Assembly (NCBI GenBank): GCA_965218975.1
Contig: OZ244717.1
Coordinates: 1,536,001 to 1,600,000 of the forward strand
Source: Candidatus Oxydemutatoraceae bacterium
Lineage (GTDB): Bacteria > Pseudomonadota > Gammaproteobacteria > Poriferisulfidales > Oxydemutatoraceae
Length of the DNA stretch: 64,000 nt
Direction: 5' to 3'
The position numbers and the translations under genes are program-made. The notes beneath the pieces are model-generated. The model saw only the letters and a program-made list of their open reading frames with translations. It searched no databases and was not told the DNA's origin. Below, one piece after another: positions 29,047 through 40,307 of this stretch (positions are counted from its first letter, which is position 1; every line of letters starts with the position of its first letter).

Positions 29047-29723
29047 TATGAGGTCATAGGCAACATCAAGCGTTTGGCCGACACTTCCGCCGGAGCGAGC
29101 CGACGATGAGTTGACACTACTACTACTCCGCCTTGTTTCAAATGACGGCTTAACAAATCTTCCAATAAGCCGATTCCGCTTTGATCCAGCGCTACTCCGG
29201 GCTCATCCAGCAACCACAATGCACTAGGTTCAATTAGCAAACGCGACAATCCCACACGTTGAATTTGCCCTTTGGATAAGCAATAGCATGGGACGTCGGC
29301 AAATGCCTCCATCGCAAAATAGCTCAGTGCGATCTCAATTCGCCGATTAATATTTTTATTCTGTTTCGCAGAGTCGCCGGAGCTTGTCTTTGGGCGGCAT
29401 TTTAGCCGGTAATAAAACCTCAGATTCTCATTCGGTGTAAGTTGGGAATGCAGGCCGGTCTGGTGTCCAAGATAACTCATTGCACTGCTATATTCCTCTT
29501 TTGCCTGCGGCAAAGCATGTTGGTTCCAAATGATGCTGCCGTTTTGAGGAGTCGTTAAACCGGCAATGACTCGAAGTAATGAGGTTTTTCCCGCTCCGTT
29601 ATCCCCAGAAATTTCAAGCATGTCACCATTCGATAGCTGCGCATCAAGTTCACTGCAAATTTGCTTCGCCCCGCGCCTCAGATACAGATTTCTAATTTGC
29701 AGCTTATGGAATTCTATCGCCAT
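29046..29723 (-). CDS. ccmA: Heme ABC exporter ATPase CcmA
   Basis: GDNGAGKT, YLGH, LSKGQ, LWLLDEP; first gene of the ccm operon. Confidence 0.93.
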   Translation of the reverse strand: MAIEFHKLQIRNLYLRRGAKQICSELDAQLSNGDMLEISGDNGAGKTSLLRVIAGLTTPQNGSIIWNQHALPQAKEEYSSAMSYLGHQTGLHSQLTPNENLRFYYRLKCRPKTSSGDSAKQNKNINRRIEIALSYFAMEAFADVPCYCLSKGQIQRVGLSRLLIEPSALWLLDEPGVALDQSGIGLLEDLLSRHLKQGGVVVVSTHRRLAPAEVSAKRLMLPMTS

Positions 29724-29784
29724 CGCCTTGTATTATATGATATCATTTGAATCTGCCGGTTATCCATCAATACCTTTAATTCCA

Positions 29785-30339
29785 ATGGTGAAAATCTCCC
29801 TTGCCTTAAGCGCAATTGCTCTATTTCTGGCAGGTGTTGTCATTGCCAACAGTTTTTCAATCGGACTGGAAACAACCAATACTACTGAATTTTGCACTTC
29901 GTGCCACTCCATGCAATGGGTTAAAGAAGAATGGCAAAAATCGCTTCATTTCAAAAATGCATACGGTATCCGTGCGGAATGTCATAACTGTCATGTTCCG
30001 CATCAAACTATGCCTAAATTACACGCCAAACTGATGGCCGCCAAAGATGTCTGGCACGAAATCTTAGGTACGATCGATAATAAAGAGAAATTTGAAGAAC
30101 ATCGCTGGCGTATGGCAAATCATGTATGGAAAAAAATGCTGGCAAGCGATTCCCGTGAGTGCCGTAGCTGTCATACATCTCAAGCAATGGACCTTGCCCT
30201 GCAAGAGCGCAATGCGCGAAAAAAGCACCAACGTGCCGAAAAAGAAGGCCGCACTTGTATCGAATGTCACAAGGGGGTCGCCCATGAGGAACCGCTGGAA
30301 CCCGACGACTGGAACGAAACCGCATCCTTAATAAAATAA
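29785..30339 (+). CDS. NapC/NirT-family tetraheme cytochrome c
   Basis: N-terminal TM, TNTTEFCTSCH, CHNCH, CRSCH, CIECHKGVAH; start placed at ATG 29785 to avoid overlap with ccmA. Confidence 0.92.
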   Translation: MVKISLALSAIALFLAGVVIANSFSIGLETTNTTEFCTSCHSMQWVKEEWQKSLHFKNAYGIRAECHNCHVPHQTMPKLHAKLMAAKDVWHEILGTIDNKEKFEEHRWRMANHVWKKMLASDSRECRSCHTSQAMDLALQERNARKKHQRAEKEGRTCIECHKGVAHEEPLEPDDWNETASLIK

Positions 30340-30488
30340 CTATATAGGTCTCCCCTCCGTAAGAAGATTTAATTCGCTTATTTACAAAATGTTATCTTGC
30401 TTACAATTCATCCGTGTTATACTTTTCTCAGAATATGCTTTTGCTTTTCATTCTTAAATGTAGGAGGCTTAGATTGTCCCAATCCGAT

Positions 30489-31157
30489 ATGCGGGTACGC
30501 ATGATGATGGCCGTGAGCTTATTCCTGATTGCGACTGCAATCACAACCGCACAAGCGGATTCCGATGGTCAAATGGCGAGTAAAGCAATGCTAAGCCAAA
30601 CTTGCGTCGGCTGTCACGGCATTGATGGTCACAGTAGCGGTCCCGCCTCCCCTTCGATTGGCGGACAAACAAAAAATTACTTAATCTCCATATTGCTAGG
30701 CTATAAATTTCATGGCGATGATGACGGGTTGGATGCGGCGATGGAAAAATACAAATCACTCGAAGATTTAGAAATATATACACGTTATAGCACCATTATG
30801 GGAAAGATTATGCAAGGGTATACGGTCGAAGAGATTATTCAGATTGCGGATTATTATTCTTCTTATCAATGGAAAAATGCTTCACAGCCTGCTACCGATT
30901 CGAACATGATGAAGAATGGGAAGAAATATCACAAGAAATACTGTGAAAAATGTCATGAGGAAGGAGGAACGTCGGATGCCGACGATGTAGGCATTCTCGC
31001 CGGCCAATGGTTGCCATACTTGGAACACAGCCTAAGCGATTATGCTGCGAAACGAAACAATATGCCCAAAAAAATGAAAAGTAAACTCGAAGATATGATT
31101 GAAGCACATGGCAAAGCAAGCTTAGGCGAGATATCTAACTTCTATGCCGATCAATAA
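30489..31157 (+). CDS. fccA: Diheme cytochrome subunit of flavocytochrome c sulfide dehydrogenase
   Basis: Signal peptide, CVGCHG..G.S.GPASPSI, STIMGKI..GY, CEKCH; directly upstream of the flavoprotein. Confidence 0.85.
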   Translation: MRVRMMMAVSLFLIATAITTAQADSDGQMASKAMLSQTCVGCHGIDGHSSGPASPSIGGQTKNYLISILLGYKFHGDDDGLDAAMEKYKSLEDLEIYTRYSTIMGKIMQGYTVEEIIQIADYYSSYQWKNASQPATDSNMMKNGKKYHKKYCEKCHEEGGTSDADDVGILAGQWLPYLEHSLSDYAAKRNNMPKKMKSKLEDMIEAHGKASLGEISNFYADQ

Positions 31158-31169
31158 GACCAGAGGGTC

Positions 31170-32459
31170 ATGATGAAACTAAACAGACGCGATTTTTTGA
31201 AAGCAACCGGCGGCTCGGCAGTTACGGGAGCGACTTATGGGTTTGTTTTTCCCAATATTGTATCCGCGGCCGACAAGAAAGCGGTCGTCATCGGCGCCGG
31301 CGCCGGCGGGACAATTGCGGCGAAGTACATTAAAACCGCGGATAATTCCATTGATGTTACTTTAATAGAAAGAGAAAATCACCACCACACTTGCTTTATG
31401 AGTAACGAAGTGCTCGGCGGCGAACGTGATATTGACACAATAAAGTTCGGCTATGAAGGACTTCGCAAACATGGCATTAACGTAGTACATGAACAAGCAA
31501 CTGATGTTGATCCGAAGAAAAAAACGGTGACAACCGGCAGCGGCAAAAACTTCAGCTACAACCGTTTAGTTCTGTCCCCGGGGATTGATTTTGAATGGGG
31601 GGCGATTGAGAATTACGATGAAGCTGCTAGCGAAAAAATGCCACATGCCTACAAGGCAGGCCGCCAAACTATGCTGCTATATAAACAATTGATGGGGATG
31701 CCGAATGGCGGCACTGTCATTATTGCTCCGCCGGGTAATCCCTATCGATGCCCTCCCGGCCCTTACGAACGGGCTTGCCAAATTGCTCATTTTCTTAAAA
31801 CCAATAAGCCGAAATCAAAAGTTTTAGTGATTGATGCGAAGGATAAATTCTCTAAACAAGGCCTATTTACCAAAGCATGGAAAGAGATTTACGGTGATAT
31901 GATTGAATGGATGTCCGGTTCGGATAGCGGAGGGAAAGGAGTGGTTGCTGTGGACATAAAAGATATGGTCGTATCCACCGAATTGGAAGACTTCAAAGCT
32001 GACGTCATAAATATTATCCCGCCCCAAAAAGCCGGACACATCGCCCACGTTGCCGGTGTAACCGATGAATCGGGGTGGTGTCCGGTACATTTGGATACAT
32101 TTGAATCTACCAAACATGCGGGGATTCATATTATCGGCGATGCCAGCATCGCGACAGGTTTGCCTAAGTCCGGTTACGCCGCAAACTCAGAAGCAAAAGT
32201 CTGCGCCGCAGCGGTTGTTGCTTTAATGGCGGGGAACAAACCCGGAATACCTTCTTATGTCAACACATGTTATAGCATTGCGGCACCGAATTACGGAATA
32301 TCCGTCGCCGCAGTTTATCGTTTGTCAGATGATAAAAGCTCGATCAAGAAAATTTCGGGAGGATTGTCACCCGCAGATGCTTCCGATGAAATTAAGGCGC
32401 GAGAAGCGCAATATGCTTACAGTTGGTTTGAAAATATCACTCAAGATATGTTTGCATAA
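31170..32459 (+). CDS. fccB: Flavocytochrome c sulfide dehydrogenase flavoprotein subunit
   Basis: Tat signal [46 protein letters not shown]. Confidence 0.93.
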   Translation: MMKLNRRDFLKATGGSAVTGATYGFVFPNIVSAADKKAVVIGAGAGGTIAAKYIKTADNSIDVTLIERENHHHTCFMSNEVLGGERDIDTIKFGYEGLRKHGINVVHEQATDVDPKKKTVTTGSGKNFSYNRLVLSPGIDFEWGAIENYDEAASEKMPHAYKAGRQTMLLYKQLMGMPNGGTVIIAPPGNPYRCPPGPYERACQIAHFLKTNKPKSKVLVIDAKDKFSKQGLFTKAWKEIYGDMIEWMSGSDSGGKGVVAVDIKDMVVSTELEDFKADVINIIPPQKAGHIAHVAGVTDESGWCPVHLDTFESTKHAGIHIIGDASIATGLPKSGYAANSEAKVCAAAVVALMAGNKPGIPSYVNTCYSIAAPNYGISVAAVYRLSDDKSSIKKISGGLSPADASDEIKAREAQYAYSWFENITQDMFA

Positions 32460-32723
32460 AATTAGCGGCAGACAAACATATCCTTCTTCAGTTGCAAACT
32501 TGGGGTATGGAAATTCTTGATGCTCTATAAACCACCATTAAAATTCGCTATGCTGATACGCTACATAAAATCATTAATTAAACGGTGGGTAAATAAATTT
32601 ATTGCCCGAATGACACGGATGTAACAAATTGATTCGCCGCCAGATTAATTCAATTGGCGAAATGGCCTTTAAACAACCCACTATATTGCCTGAATAGAGA
32701 ATACTACTACGGCGATTATTGCT

Positions 32724-35700
32724 TTGTTGCTGCGACAAAAATTACCTATACCTAGCCACACCAACTCGTCGGTTTACTGGGACCGCTTATATGGCTGCGC
32801 TCAAGCGGATGCTGTCATACGCTCAATCGAAAATAATTTCGCTTTGCTTATCGTTGAAAATATATCGGAAGCATTGCGCTGGGAAAGCGAATTACGCTTC
32901 TTCGCTGACAGCCGCTTACCTATTCATTTATTTCAAGATTGGGAAACACTCCCCTATGACATTTTTTCTCCCCACCAAAGCATCACTGCCACGAGGCTTA
33001 GCATCCTATCGCAAATACAAAAACATCCGTATGGGATCATTATCATCGCCGCCGATACTTTAATGCAAAGACTGCCGCCGGTTGATTTTGTATTGTCACG
33101 TAGTTTTTCGCTCACAACCGGGGAAGAATTTGATCTTGGCAAATTTCGCCGTTATCTCGATGCTAGCGGTTACCAAGCGGTGTCACAAGTTGTGGGACAT
33201 GGCGAATATACGGTACGCGGTTCAATTTTTGACATCTTTGCTCCGGGCAGTACGGAAGCGATTCGTATTGATTTACTAGATAACACAATCGATAGTCTGC
33301 GTTGGTTTGATCCTGAAACGCAGATAAGCACAAACACCGTTGATTCCATAGCTATTTTACCCGCGCGCGAATTCCCAACCGATGAAGAGAGTATTAAGCG
33401 ATTTCGTCGGCGGTTTCGCGAATTAATAGACAGCGCTCCGGAAGAATCTCTTATCTATCGCGATGCAAGCATAGGAAATTCACCCGCGGGCATTGAATAT
33501 TATTTTCCACTCTTCTTCAAGAACACTGCAAGCTTTTTTGATTATTTACCTGATTCCGCCACTTTATTCATGTCCGATAGCATCGTAGATTGTTATATAA
33601 AACATTGGCGCAACATTCAACAACGTTACACCCAAACTCGGTCGAATGTCGAATACCCGCCACTGGACCCTGATTTTCTATTTTTAAATCCTAACGAATT
33701 GCAAAAACTCAAAACAAAGTTCCCTCAGGTAGTAATCAGTAGCTTCAAAAATACTCAAGAACAAGCGTACCACGGCAATACCCACCTGTTACCAGCGTTA
33801 TTTTTACAAAAAGGCGTAGAAAATCCTGCGGCAAATCTGAAAAAACTGCTTAAGCAAGTTCATGGGCGCGCTTTGATTGTCGCAGAGACTGCCGGTTATC
33901 GTGAACAGATAATCGAAACATTAACAAAACAAAACATTTATCTCAAAGTTATCAATGATTGGCAAAGTTTCTTACAGGTACAGTCGGGTCCTTGTATTTG
34001 CATTGGCGAGCTACATACCGGCGCGTTGTTTGAAAAAGAAAATTTTGCAGTGATCTCCGATCATCAAATCCTCGACCGAAATATTAAGCGCAAACATCGG
34101 CGTCATAAGCGGACCAACTCGGCATTGCTATTTGAAAATTTAACCGAACTGGGAATAGATTGCCCGATCGTCCACGAAAAGTATGGCGTCGGACGTTATC
34201 GCGGTCTCGAAACATTGAATTTCGGAGGCAGTCCCGCTGAATTTCTCGTTTTAGAGTATGCAGATAAAGAGAAACTATATGTTCCGATTAGCTCCCTCAA
34301 TCTAATCACACGCTATACCGGAGGTAGTCCCGATACCGCTCCGCTACATGCTTTGAGCGGCAAGCAATGGCATAAAACCAAGCGTAAAGCGGCACAAAAA
34401 GCATTTGATACTGCCGTCGAATTATTGGATGCGCAAACCCGCCGCACAAAGGCACAAGGGTTTCAGCACAAAATCAACACTCAAGACTACCTAAAATTTA
34501 CCGAAGAATTTCCTTTTGAAGAAACACCGGATCAAATTAAAGTCATTGCGGAAATTTTAGACGATATGTGTAGCAGCATACCGATGGATCGTATCGTTTG
34601 CGGTGATGTAGGTTTTGGGAAAACGGAAATTGCTATGCGTGCCGCTTTTACCGCCGCGCAAAATAACCGTCAAACGGTGGTTTTAGTCCCGACAACATTA
34701 CTCGCTAATCAGCATTTTCAAAATTTCCGTGCCAGATTTGCCGATTGGGCAATACAAGTAGAAATACTTTCACGCTTTCTATCCCCGTCCGAGCAAAAGA
34801 AAGTGCGAGAAAAAATCAAAAATGGTGTTGCCGATATTGTCATCGGAACGCACAAGTTACTGTACCGCAACGTTGAATTCAAACGACCGGGATTAATTAT
34901 TATTGATGAGGAACACCGCTTTGGCGTGCGCCATAAGGAGTTGCTGAAATCACGCTATGTTAATTGCGATATCTTGACTCTATCCGCCACCCCCATCCCA
35001 CGCACATTGAATATGTCTCTCAGTGGTTTACGCGACTTATCCATCATCGCAACTCCGCCGCTAGGCAGGCTAGCGATTAAAACATTCGTTCATGAATGGA
35101 ATAATGAATTAATTAAAGAATCATGCCAGCGTGAACTCAAACGTGGCGGTCAAGTTTATTTTTTACACAATAATATTAGCACCATGGATGGTATCGTGAA
35201 AAAACTACACAGACTGCTGCCTCGAAGTAAAATTCTATCGGCGCACGGGAAGATGCCTGAACGTGAATTGGAGAGCGTTATGCTGGATTTCTATCGCAGG
35301 CGAATTAATATCTTAGTGTGTACAACGATCATCGAAAGCGGTTTGGACATTCCAACGGCCAACAGCATTATCATTAATGAGGCCGATCGGCTTGGTTTAT
35401 CGCAATTGCATCAACTGCGCGGAAGAGTCGGACGATCGCATCATCGTGCCTATGCTTATCTGCTACTCAGTAATTCCCGGGTTTATCTTCCGCATGACGC
35501 CGTTAAAAGACTCGAGGCAATCGAATCGCTTGAAGAGTTAGGTGCCGGCTTCGCGATTGCTTCGCAAGACTTAGAGATTCGCGGCGCGGGAGAATTGCTC
35601 GGGGACGGGCAAAGCGGGCACATCCGAGAAGTTGGCTTTACTCTGTACAACGAAATGCTTAAGCATGCGATAAATGCGCTACAGTCGGGGACCATGCCGA

Positions 35701-36170
35701 ACATGGACCGACCGCTCAACACCATCACTGAAGTTAACTTGGGCGAGCCTGCAATTATTCCTCAAGATTACGTACCTGACGTAAATATTCGATTGATTTT
35801 ATATCGCCGTATCGCGGCAGCCAAAGACATTAATCAGCTTGATGAACTACAGCGGGAAATTGTAGATCGATTTGGGAAATTACCGTCCTACTTAAAAAAT
35901 TTATTCACCAATGCGTCTTTGCGACTCGATTGCTTCTCCGTAGGAATTCAAAAGATCGCGGCAGGTTGTGAGAATATCCGTTTGGAGTTTGACCAAAATC
36001 CCAACATCAATTTCACACACCTAATGAACATTATTCAAGAAAGTCCCGAAACGTACCGTCTTGATAGAAACGGCCGATTGTCCATACGGCAAAAGCTTCC
36101 GGAAATGAAAGACCGTTTGGATGCCGTGCAAAATTTGCTTAATGAAATCACTTATATTAAAGCGGCATGA
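32724..36170 (+). CDS. mfd: Transcription-repair coupling factor Mfd
   Basis: WETLPYD.FSPH, CGDVGFGKTE, DEEHRFGV, QLRGRVGRS, DLEIRGAGELLG. Confidence 0.97.
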   Translation: MLLRQKLPIPSHTNSSVYWDRLYGCAQADAVIRSIENNFALLIVENISEALRWESELRFFADSRLPIHLFQDWETLPYDIFSPHQSITATRLSILSQIQKHPYGIIIIAADTLMQRLPPVDFVLSRSFSLTTGEEFDLGKFRRYLDASGYQAVSQVVGHGEYTVRGSIFDIFAPGSTEAIRIDLLDNTIDSLRWFDPETQISTNTVDSIAILPAREFPTDEESIKRFRRRFRELIDSAPEESLIYRDASIGNSPAGIEYYFPLFFKNTASFFDYLPDSATLFMSDSIVDCYIKHWRNIQQRYTQTRSNVEYPPLDPDFLFLNPNELQKLKTKFPQVVISSFKNTQEQAYHGNTHLLPALFLQKGVENPAANLKKLLKQVHGRALIVAETAGYREQIIETLTKQNIYLKVINDWQSFLQVQSGPCICIGELHTGALFEKENFAVISDHQILDRNIKRKHRRHKRTNSALLFENLTELGIDCPIVHEKYGVGRYRGLETLNFGGSPAEFLVLEYADKEKLYVPISSLNLITRYTGGSPDTAPLHALSGKQWHKTKRKAAQKAFDTAVELLDAQTRRTKAQGFQHKINTQDYLKFTEEFPFEETPDQIKVIAEILDDMCSSIPMDRIVCGDVGFGKTEIAMRAAFTAAQNNRQTVVLVPTTLLANQHFQNFRARFADWAIQVEILSRFLSPSEQKKVREKIKNGVADIVIGTHKLLYRNVEFKRPGLIIIDEEHRFGVRHKELLKSRYVNCDILTLSATPIPRTLNMSLSGLRDLSIIATPPLGRLAIKTFVHEWNNELIKESCQRELKRGGQVYFLHNNISTMDGIVKKLHRLLPRSKILSAHGKMPERELESVMLDFYRRRINILVCTTIIESGLDIPTANSIIINEADRLGLSQLHQLRGRVGRSHHRAYAYLLLSNSRVYLPHDAVKRLEAIESLEELGAGFAIASQDLEIRGAGELLGDGQSGHIREVGFTLYNEMLKHAINALQSGTMPNMDRPLNTITEVNLGEPAIIPQDYVPDVNIRLILYRRIAAAKDINQLDELQREIVDRFGKLPSYLKNLFTNASLRLDCFSVGIQKIAAGCENIRLEFDQNPNINFTHLMNIIQESPETYRLDRNGRLSIRQKLPEMKDRLDAVQNLLNEITYIKAA

Positions 36171-36877
36171 AGCGAACAAATATAAAAAATAATTTAGTAT
36201 TATTCTCAATAATACTAGTCCTATCATTGTCGCCTTTATCCGTTAAGGCGCAGCAAAAAGAAAAATACGCGCATATTGAGCTGTTATTTTTTCAACCCAC
36301 CGAAATTGGCAAAGATGTTCTATACCGCTTGTCTGAAATGACGTCAGAAGCTCAGAGCACTCCTGCTTCGGCATTTAATCTGTTTAACACGGCCAAAGCG
36401 CCGGATAATCCCGTAGCACGTTTAAGCCGCAATTATCAGATGCTCGAAGAATATCAACGACTTAACAAGTCGGCGGCTTACAACGTGCTATACCATATCG
36501 CTTGGGTACAATCGCGCTATCCAATCGGACAAGAGATTCCAATTAAATTGCTGCCGCAACGTATCGGCAACTTCATCAATGCAACCGCATATTTAGCCTA
36601 CCACAACTTATATAAATTGAAACTGCTTGTTTCGTATGACGTGTCGATGAATCAGGAAGAAATAAATATCCCGGAAATACACCTGTTGCCGATTCGATTT
36701 GAAAAAGTAATGACTGATGACAAAATTTATCATCTTGATCATGCACTGTTCGGATTACTCGCAAAAATCACCGAATTCGACGTGAAGAAATTAAAAATGG
36801 ATGCCCAAATGACGACGAGTCCTCTTACTCAATCTGAGGGGCAGCTGAAAGAACAGAGCAAGATTCAATTAAATTGA
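36167..36877 (+). CDS. Exported protein, CsiV-like
   Basis: Signal peptide, IELLFF, YNVLYHIAWVQ, YHLDHALFGLL; position downstream of mfd is typical for this family. Confidence 0.6.
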   Translation: MKRTNIKNNLVLFSIILVLSLSPLSVKAQQKEKYAHIELLFFQPTEIGKDVLYRLSEMTSEAQSTPASAFNLFNTAKAPDNPVARLSRNYQMLEEYQRLNKSAAYNVLYHIAWVQSRYPIGQEIPIKLLPQRIGNFINATAYLAYHNLYKLKLLVSYDVSMNQEEINIPEIHLLPIRFEKVMTDDKIYHLDHALFGLLAKITEFDVKKLKMDAQMTTSPLTQSEGQLKEQSKIQLN

Positions 36878-38258
36878 TCATACGATGAAGACGTTCAAGA
36901 CTGCCGGTGTACCCGATCAGCCAAATCGTCGTTATTAGATCGGGGCTTGATGCGCCTCCGGTCAGAGCAAAGCGCACAACCGGGCCTAATTGTTTTAATG
37001 AAATTTTACAATCGCTTAATGCTCGGTCTAAAGCGATTCGAACCGTCTCTTTTGTCCAACCCGGCTCCATGCTCAACTGTCGGTGCAAAGATTTAAGCCA
37101 AGCTTTCTTTTCGGAAGTGAGAGTCTTGACCGAATCCTCGGAAAATTCCGGCATTTCATAAATAAATCCGGCATTTGCTGCCATTTCATGTAAATTATTA
37201 TGCCGCGTACACAGTATCTCAAACGCATTTTTAGTTAATTGCACCTCCTCTGCTATGTAGCCCGCTTGCTTAAGGTGCCGTGTAAACAACGCAATCATTG
37301 ACGCCGGTGCCGCTGCCTGCAAATAATGTCTATTCAACCAATCAAGTTTTTCCGGATTAAGCGAAGCGGGATTTTTTCCAATATGCCGGAAATCAAAATA
37401 GGCGATCATCTCATCGCGGCTAAAAATTTCCTGATCGCCATGCCCCCAACCCAAGCGTACCAAATAATTGCATAACGCCTCGGGCAGGTACCCCTGGTCA
37501 CGGTAATTGATAACCGATACCGCACCTTCTCGTTTCGACAGCCGTTTCCCACTGGCATCCAAAATCATTGGCACATGGGCATACTCCGGTTTCGGAACGG
37601 TGTCGTCAATCGCCCTCCACAAATGAATTTGCCGCGGAGTGTTACTTATATGATCGTCTCCGCGAATAATATGAGTGATGTGCATATCCATATCGTCAAT
37701 GACGACCGAGAAGTGGTAAGTAGGAACTCCATCGGAACGCAACAACACTAAATCATCCAACTCATTATTTTCTACAGTTATTTCACCGTGAATTTGGTCG
37801 GTAAAAGATACGCTGCCTTCTATCGGCGTCTTAAAGCGTAATGTAGGCGTTGTATTGGTATGCGATTTCTTTCGCGTACGGCAGCGCCTATTATAATGCG
37901 GCTTTTCACCGCGCCGAATTTGCTCGTCACGCAACGCTGCCAATTCCGCCTTAGTGCAATAACAGTGGTACGCATGTCCTTGTCGCAGCAGCTGATCGGC
38001 GATTTCATGATATCGCTCCAAACGTTCACTTTGAAAAAAAGGCCCTTCGTCATAATCAATCCCTAGCCATTCAAGAGCTTCTCGAATTGCTTGCACCGAA
38101 ACCTGCGTGGAACGTTGCCTATCGGTATCTTCGATCCGCAGTATAAACTTTCCCCCGTGGTGTCTTGAATAAAGCCATGAAAACAGCGCCGTGCGAGCGC
38201 TGCCGATATGCAAGAACCCGGTCGGACTCGGTGCAAAGCGAGTACGCACTACAGCCAT
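36825..38258 (-). CDS. gltX: Glutamate--tRNA ligase
   Basis: RTRFAPSPTGFLHIG, LRIEDTD, RGDDH, RLSKR. Confidence 0.96.
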   Translation of the reverse strand: MAVVRTRFAPSPTGFLHIGSARTALFSWLYSRHHGGKFILRIEDTDRQRSTQVSVQAIREALEWLGIDYDEGPFFQSERLERYHEIADQLLRQGHAYHCYCTKAELAALRDEQIRRGEKPHYNRRCRTRKKSHTNTTPTLRFKTPIEGSVSFTDQIHGEITVENNELDDLVLLRSDGVPTYHFSVVIDDMDMHITHIIRGDDHISNTPRQIHLWRAIDDTVPKPEYAHVPMILDASGKRLSKREGAVSVINYRDQGYLPEALCNYLVRLGWGHGDQEIFSRDEMIAYFDFRHIGKNPASLNPEKLDWLNRHYLQAAAPASMIALFTRHLKQAGYIAEEVQLTKNAFEILCTRHNNLHEMAANAGFIYEMPEFSEDSVKTLTSEKKAWLKSLHRQLSMEPGWTKETVRIALDRALSDCKISLKQLGPVVRFALTGGASSPDLITTIWLIGYTGSLERLHRMINLIESCSVLSAAPQIE

Positions 38259-38282
38259 CGGTCTACCGCAAAGCAATGAAAT

Positions 38283-38777
38283 TCAAGCAACATCCGCTAA
38301 AAATCCGCTCATAGATAATAACTGCACCCCTATAAAAGTAACGGCACCCGCAACCATATCATCAAGCATGATGCCCAATCCGCCATGGACATGCCGATCA
38401 AATAAACGAATCGGCCAAGGTTTTATCATGTCTAAGAAACGAAACAATACAAAAGCAATCACTAACCAAACCCATCCTGCCGGCAACGCAGTGAGGCCTA
38501 ATAACATTCCCACAACCTCATCAATTACGATAGCGTTCGGGTCCTGCCTTCCGAGTAGTCGCTCGGATCGTTTCGCTGCAAAGATTCCAATCACTGCAAT
38601 TGCCGCTACAATAAGCAAGTACGATAAAACCGATAGACCGCTAAGTAACAAATAAAACGGTATGGCCAATAACGTGCCGAATGTGCCGGGAATTTTCGGT
38701 ATCAATCCGACGCCGAATCCCAACGCGACAAAATGCGCCGGACTAGAAAATAGTGTCTTTAGGTTTAATGCTTGCAT
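38283..38777 (-). CDS. pgpA: Phosphatidylglycerophosphatase A
   Basis: PGTFGT, DP..IVIDEVVG, FRFLDMIKPWPI, GGLGIMLDD. Confidence 0.95.
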   Translation of the reverse strand: MQALNLKTLFSSPAHFVALGFGVGLIPKIPGTFGTLLAIPFYLLLSGLSVLSYLLIVAAIAVIGIFAAKRSERLLGRQDPNAIVIDEVVGMLLGLTALPAGWVWLVIAFVLFRFLDMIKPWPIRLFDRHVHGGLGIMLDDMVAGAVTFIGVQLLSMSGFLADVA

Positions 38778-38922
38778 GATGATTTACGGTATAAAGATAT
38801 GAAGAATCCATCCTGAATCAAGTTTTACGATATAGTTTTCTTGTACGGATAATCAATGCTATATTCAGGTTATGTTTATAAAAGCAAAAATTCATAAAGC
38901 TGACACCGCACACCGTGCACCG

Positions 38923-39891
38923 TTATTTTATTTGTGCGCCAAAGTGATCAAATCCGAGCACTTCCGGCAGTGGCATGGTTTGGCCATGCCGCCGACAATG
39001 CAAACCTAGCTCATTGCAGATATGCCCGACGCGAGTGACCGGAGTTAAAATTCCTTCCTGCCGCAAAGCGATACGTAGATTTGTTTCCGCAGACGGCGGC
39101 ATTGTAAACAAGAGTTCGTAATCGTCCCCCGCCGTGAACGGCAATAGCCAATCCTTTTCCGGCAATAACGGCATTACCGCCGGATGGACCGGCACTGTAT
39201 CAAGATTAAGCTCGGCACCGACCCTGCTTGCTTTTGTTAAGCGTGACAAATCTAATAATACCCCATCGGAAATATCAACTGCCGCCGTCGCGTACATAGC
39301 AATGGTACATCCTTCGTTGATTCTTGGTTCGGGTTTTAATAAACGCTCGCGACAAGGTTTTGCCGCCGGCATGTTCTTTTCTACCAGCTCCGCACAATGC
39401 CAGGCGATTCCGGAACCGCCGACATCACCGGTAATGTAGATTGCATCGCCCGTTTGAGCGCCTGATCTTAGCAAAGGCTTCGTATCGTTATTTAGTCTCC
39501 CGGTAACTTGCACAGTAATCACTAAAGGACCACGTACCAAATCTCCCCCGATTAACGATACATTCCAGTATTTTGCCAGACCCAAAAAGCCTTCGATGAA
39601 ACCGCCAATCCAGGATTCACCAATTTCCGGCGGCAAACTTAGCGAGAGCATTGCCCAACACGGTACACATCCCATCGCTGCCAAATCACTGAGATTAACC
39701 GCCAATGACTTATATCCGACATCAGCAGGATTATCGGTTTTTCTAAAATGCCGTTCAACAACTAACGAATCCAATGACATTACAAAACGCCCTTGTGCGT
39801 CAAGCAATGCGGCATCATCTCCGATTCCCAGCAACACATCCGTACGCGAATCAGTTTTTAAGTATTTCTCTATTAGATCCGTTTCAGTCAT
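38923..39891 (-). CDS. thiL: Thiamine-monophosphate kinase
   Basis: GIGDDAA, NLSDLAAMG, DISDG, GDDYELLFT. Confidence 0.96.
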   Translation of the reverse strand: MTETDLIEKYLKTDSRTDVLLGIGDDAALLDAQGRFVMSLDSLVVERHFRKTDNPADVGYKSLAVNLSDLAAMGCVPCWAMLSLSLPPEIGESWIGGFIEGFLGLAKYWNVSLIGGDLVRGPLVITVQVTGRLNNDTKPLLRSGAQTGDAIYITGDVGGSGIAWHCAELVEKNMPAAKPCRERLLKPEPRINEGCTIAMYATAAVDISDGVLLDLSRLTKASRVGAELNLDTVPVHPAVMPLLPEKDWLLPFTAGDDYELLFTMPPSAETNLRIALRQEGILTPVTRVGHICNELGLHCRRHGQTMPLPEVLGFDHFGAQIK

Positions 39892-40307
39892 GCAAGCTCT
39901 TTTACACGGTCTAAGACACCATTAACAAATCGATAACCTTCTTCTGCTCCAAATTTCTTTGTGAGCCCCACTGCTTCTGAAATTACTACGGCGCTATCAG
40001 TTTCTTTGAAAAACAGCATCTCATAAATCGCACTACGGATAATGACCTGCTCAATCGGATCAACCACGGCGAGCGGATAACCGATTACTCGACTGGCAAT
40101 TTGTTCAATTTCTTTCCGATGCTCCATACAACCTTTGATCAAATACTTAAAGTGTTCGGCGTCGGCATTCTTAAAATATTCTCCATTGCGAAACTCGTCG
40201 GCAATTATGGAAATGTCTTCACCGGTTAAGCACCAGCGATATAATGATTGCATGACCAACTTGCGCGATACGCTCCGCTTACGAATAAAATCGTAATGTT
40301 TATTCAC
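39888..40307 (-). CDS. nusB: Transcription antitermination factor NusB
   Basis: R..SRKLVMQSLY, EAV.L.KKFG...YRFVNGVLD. Confidence 0.93.
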   Translation of the reverse strand: MNKHYDFIRKRSVSRKLVMQSLYRWCLTGEDISIIADEFRNGEYFKNADAEHFKYLIKGCMEHRKEIEQIASRVIGYPLAVVDPIEQVIIRSAIYEMLFFKETDSAVVISEAVGLTKKFGAEEGYRFVNGVLDRVKELA

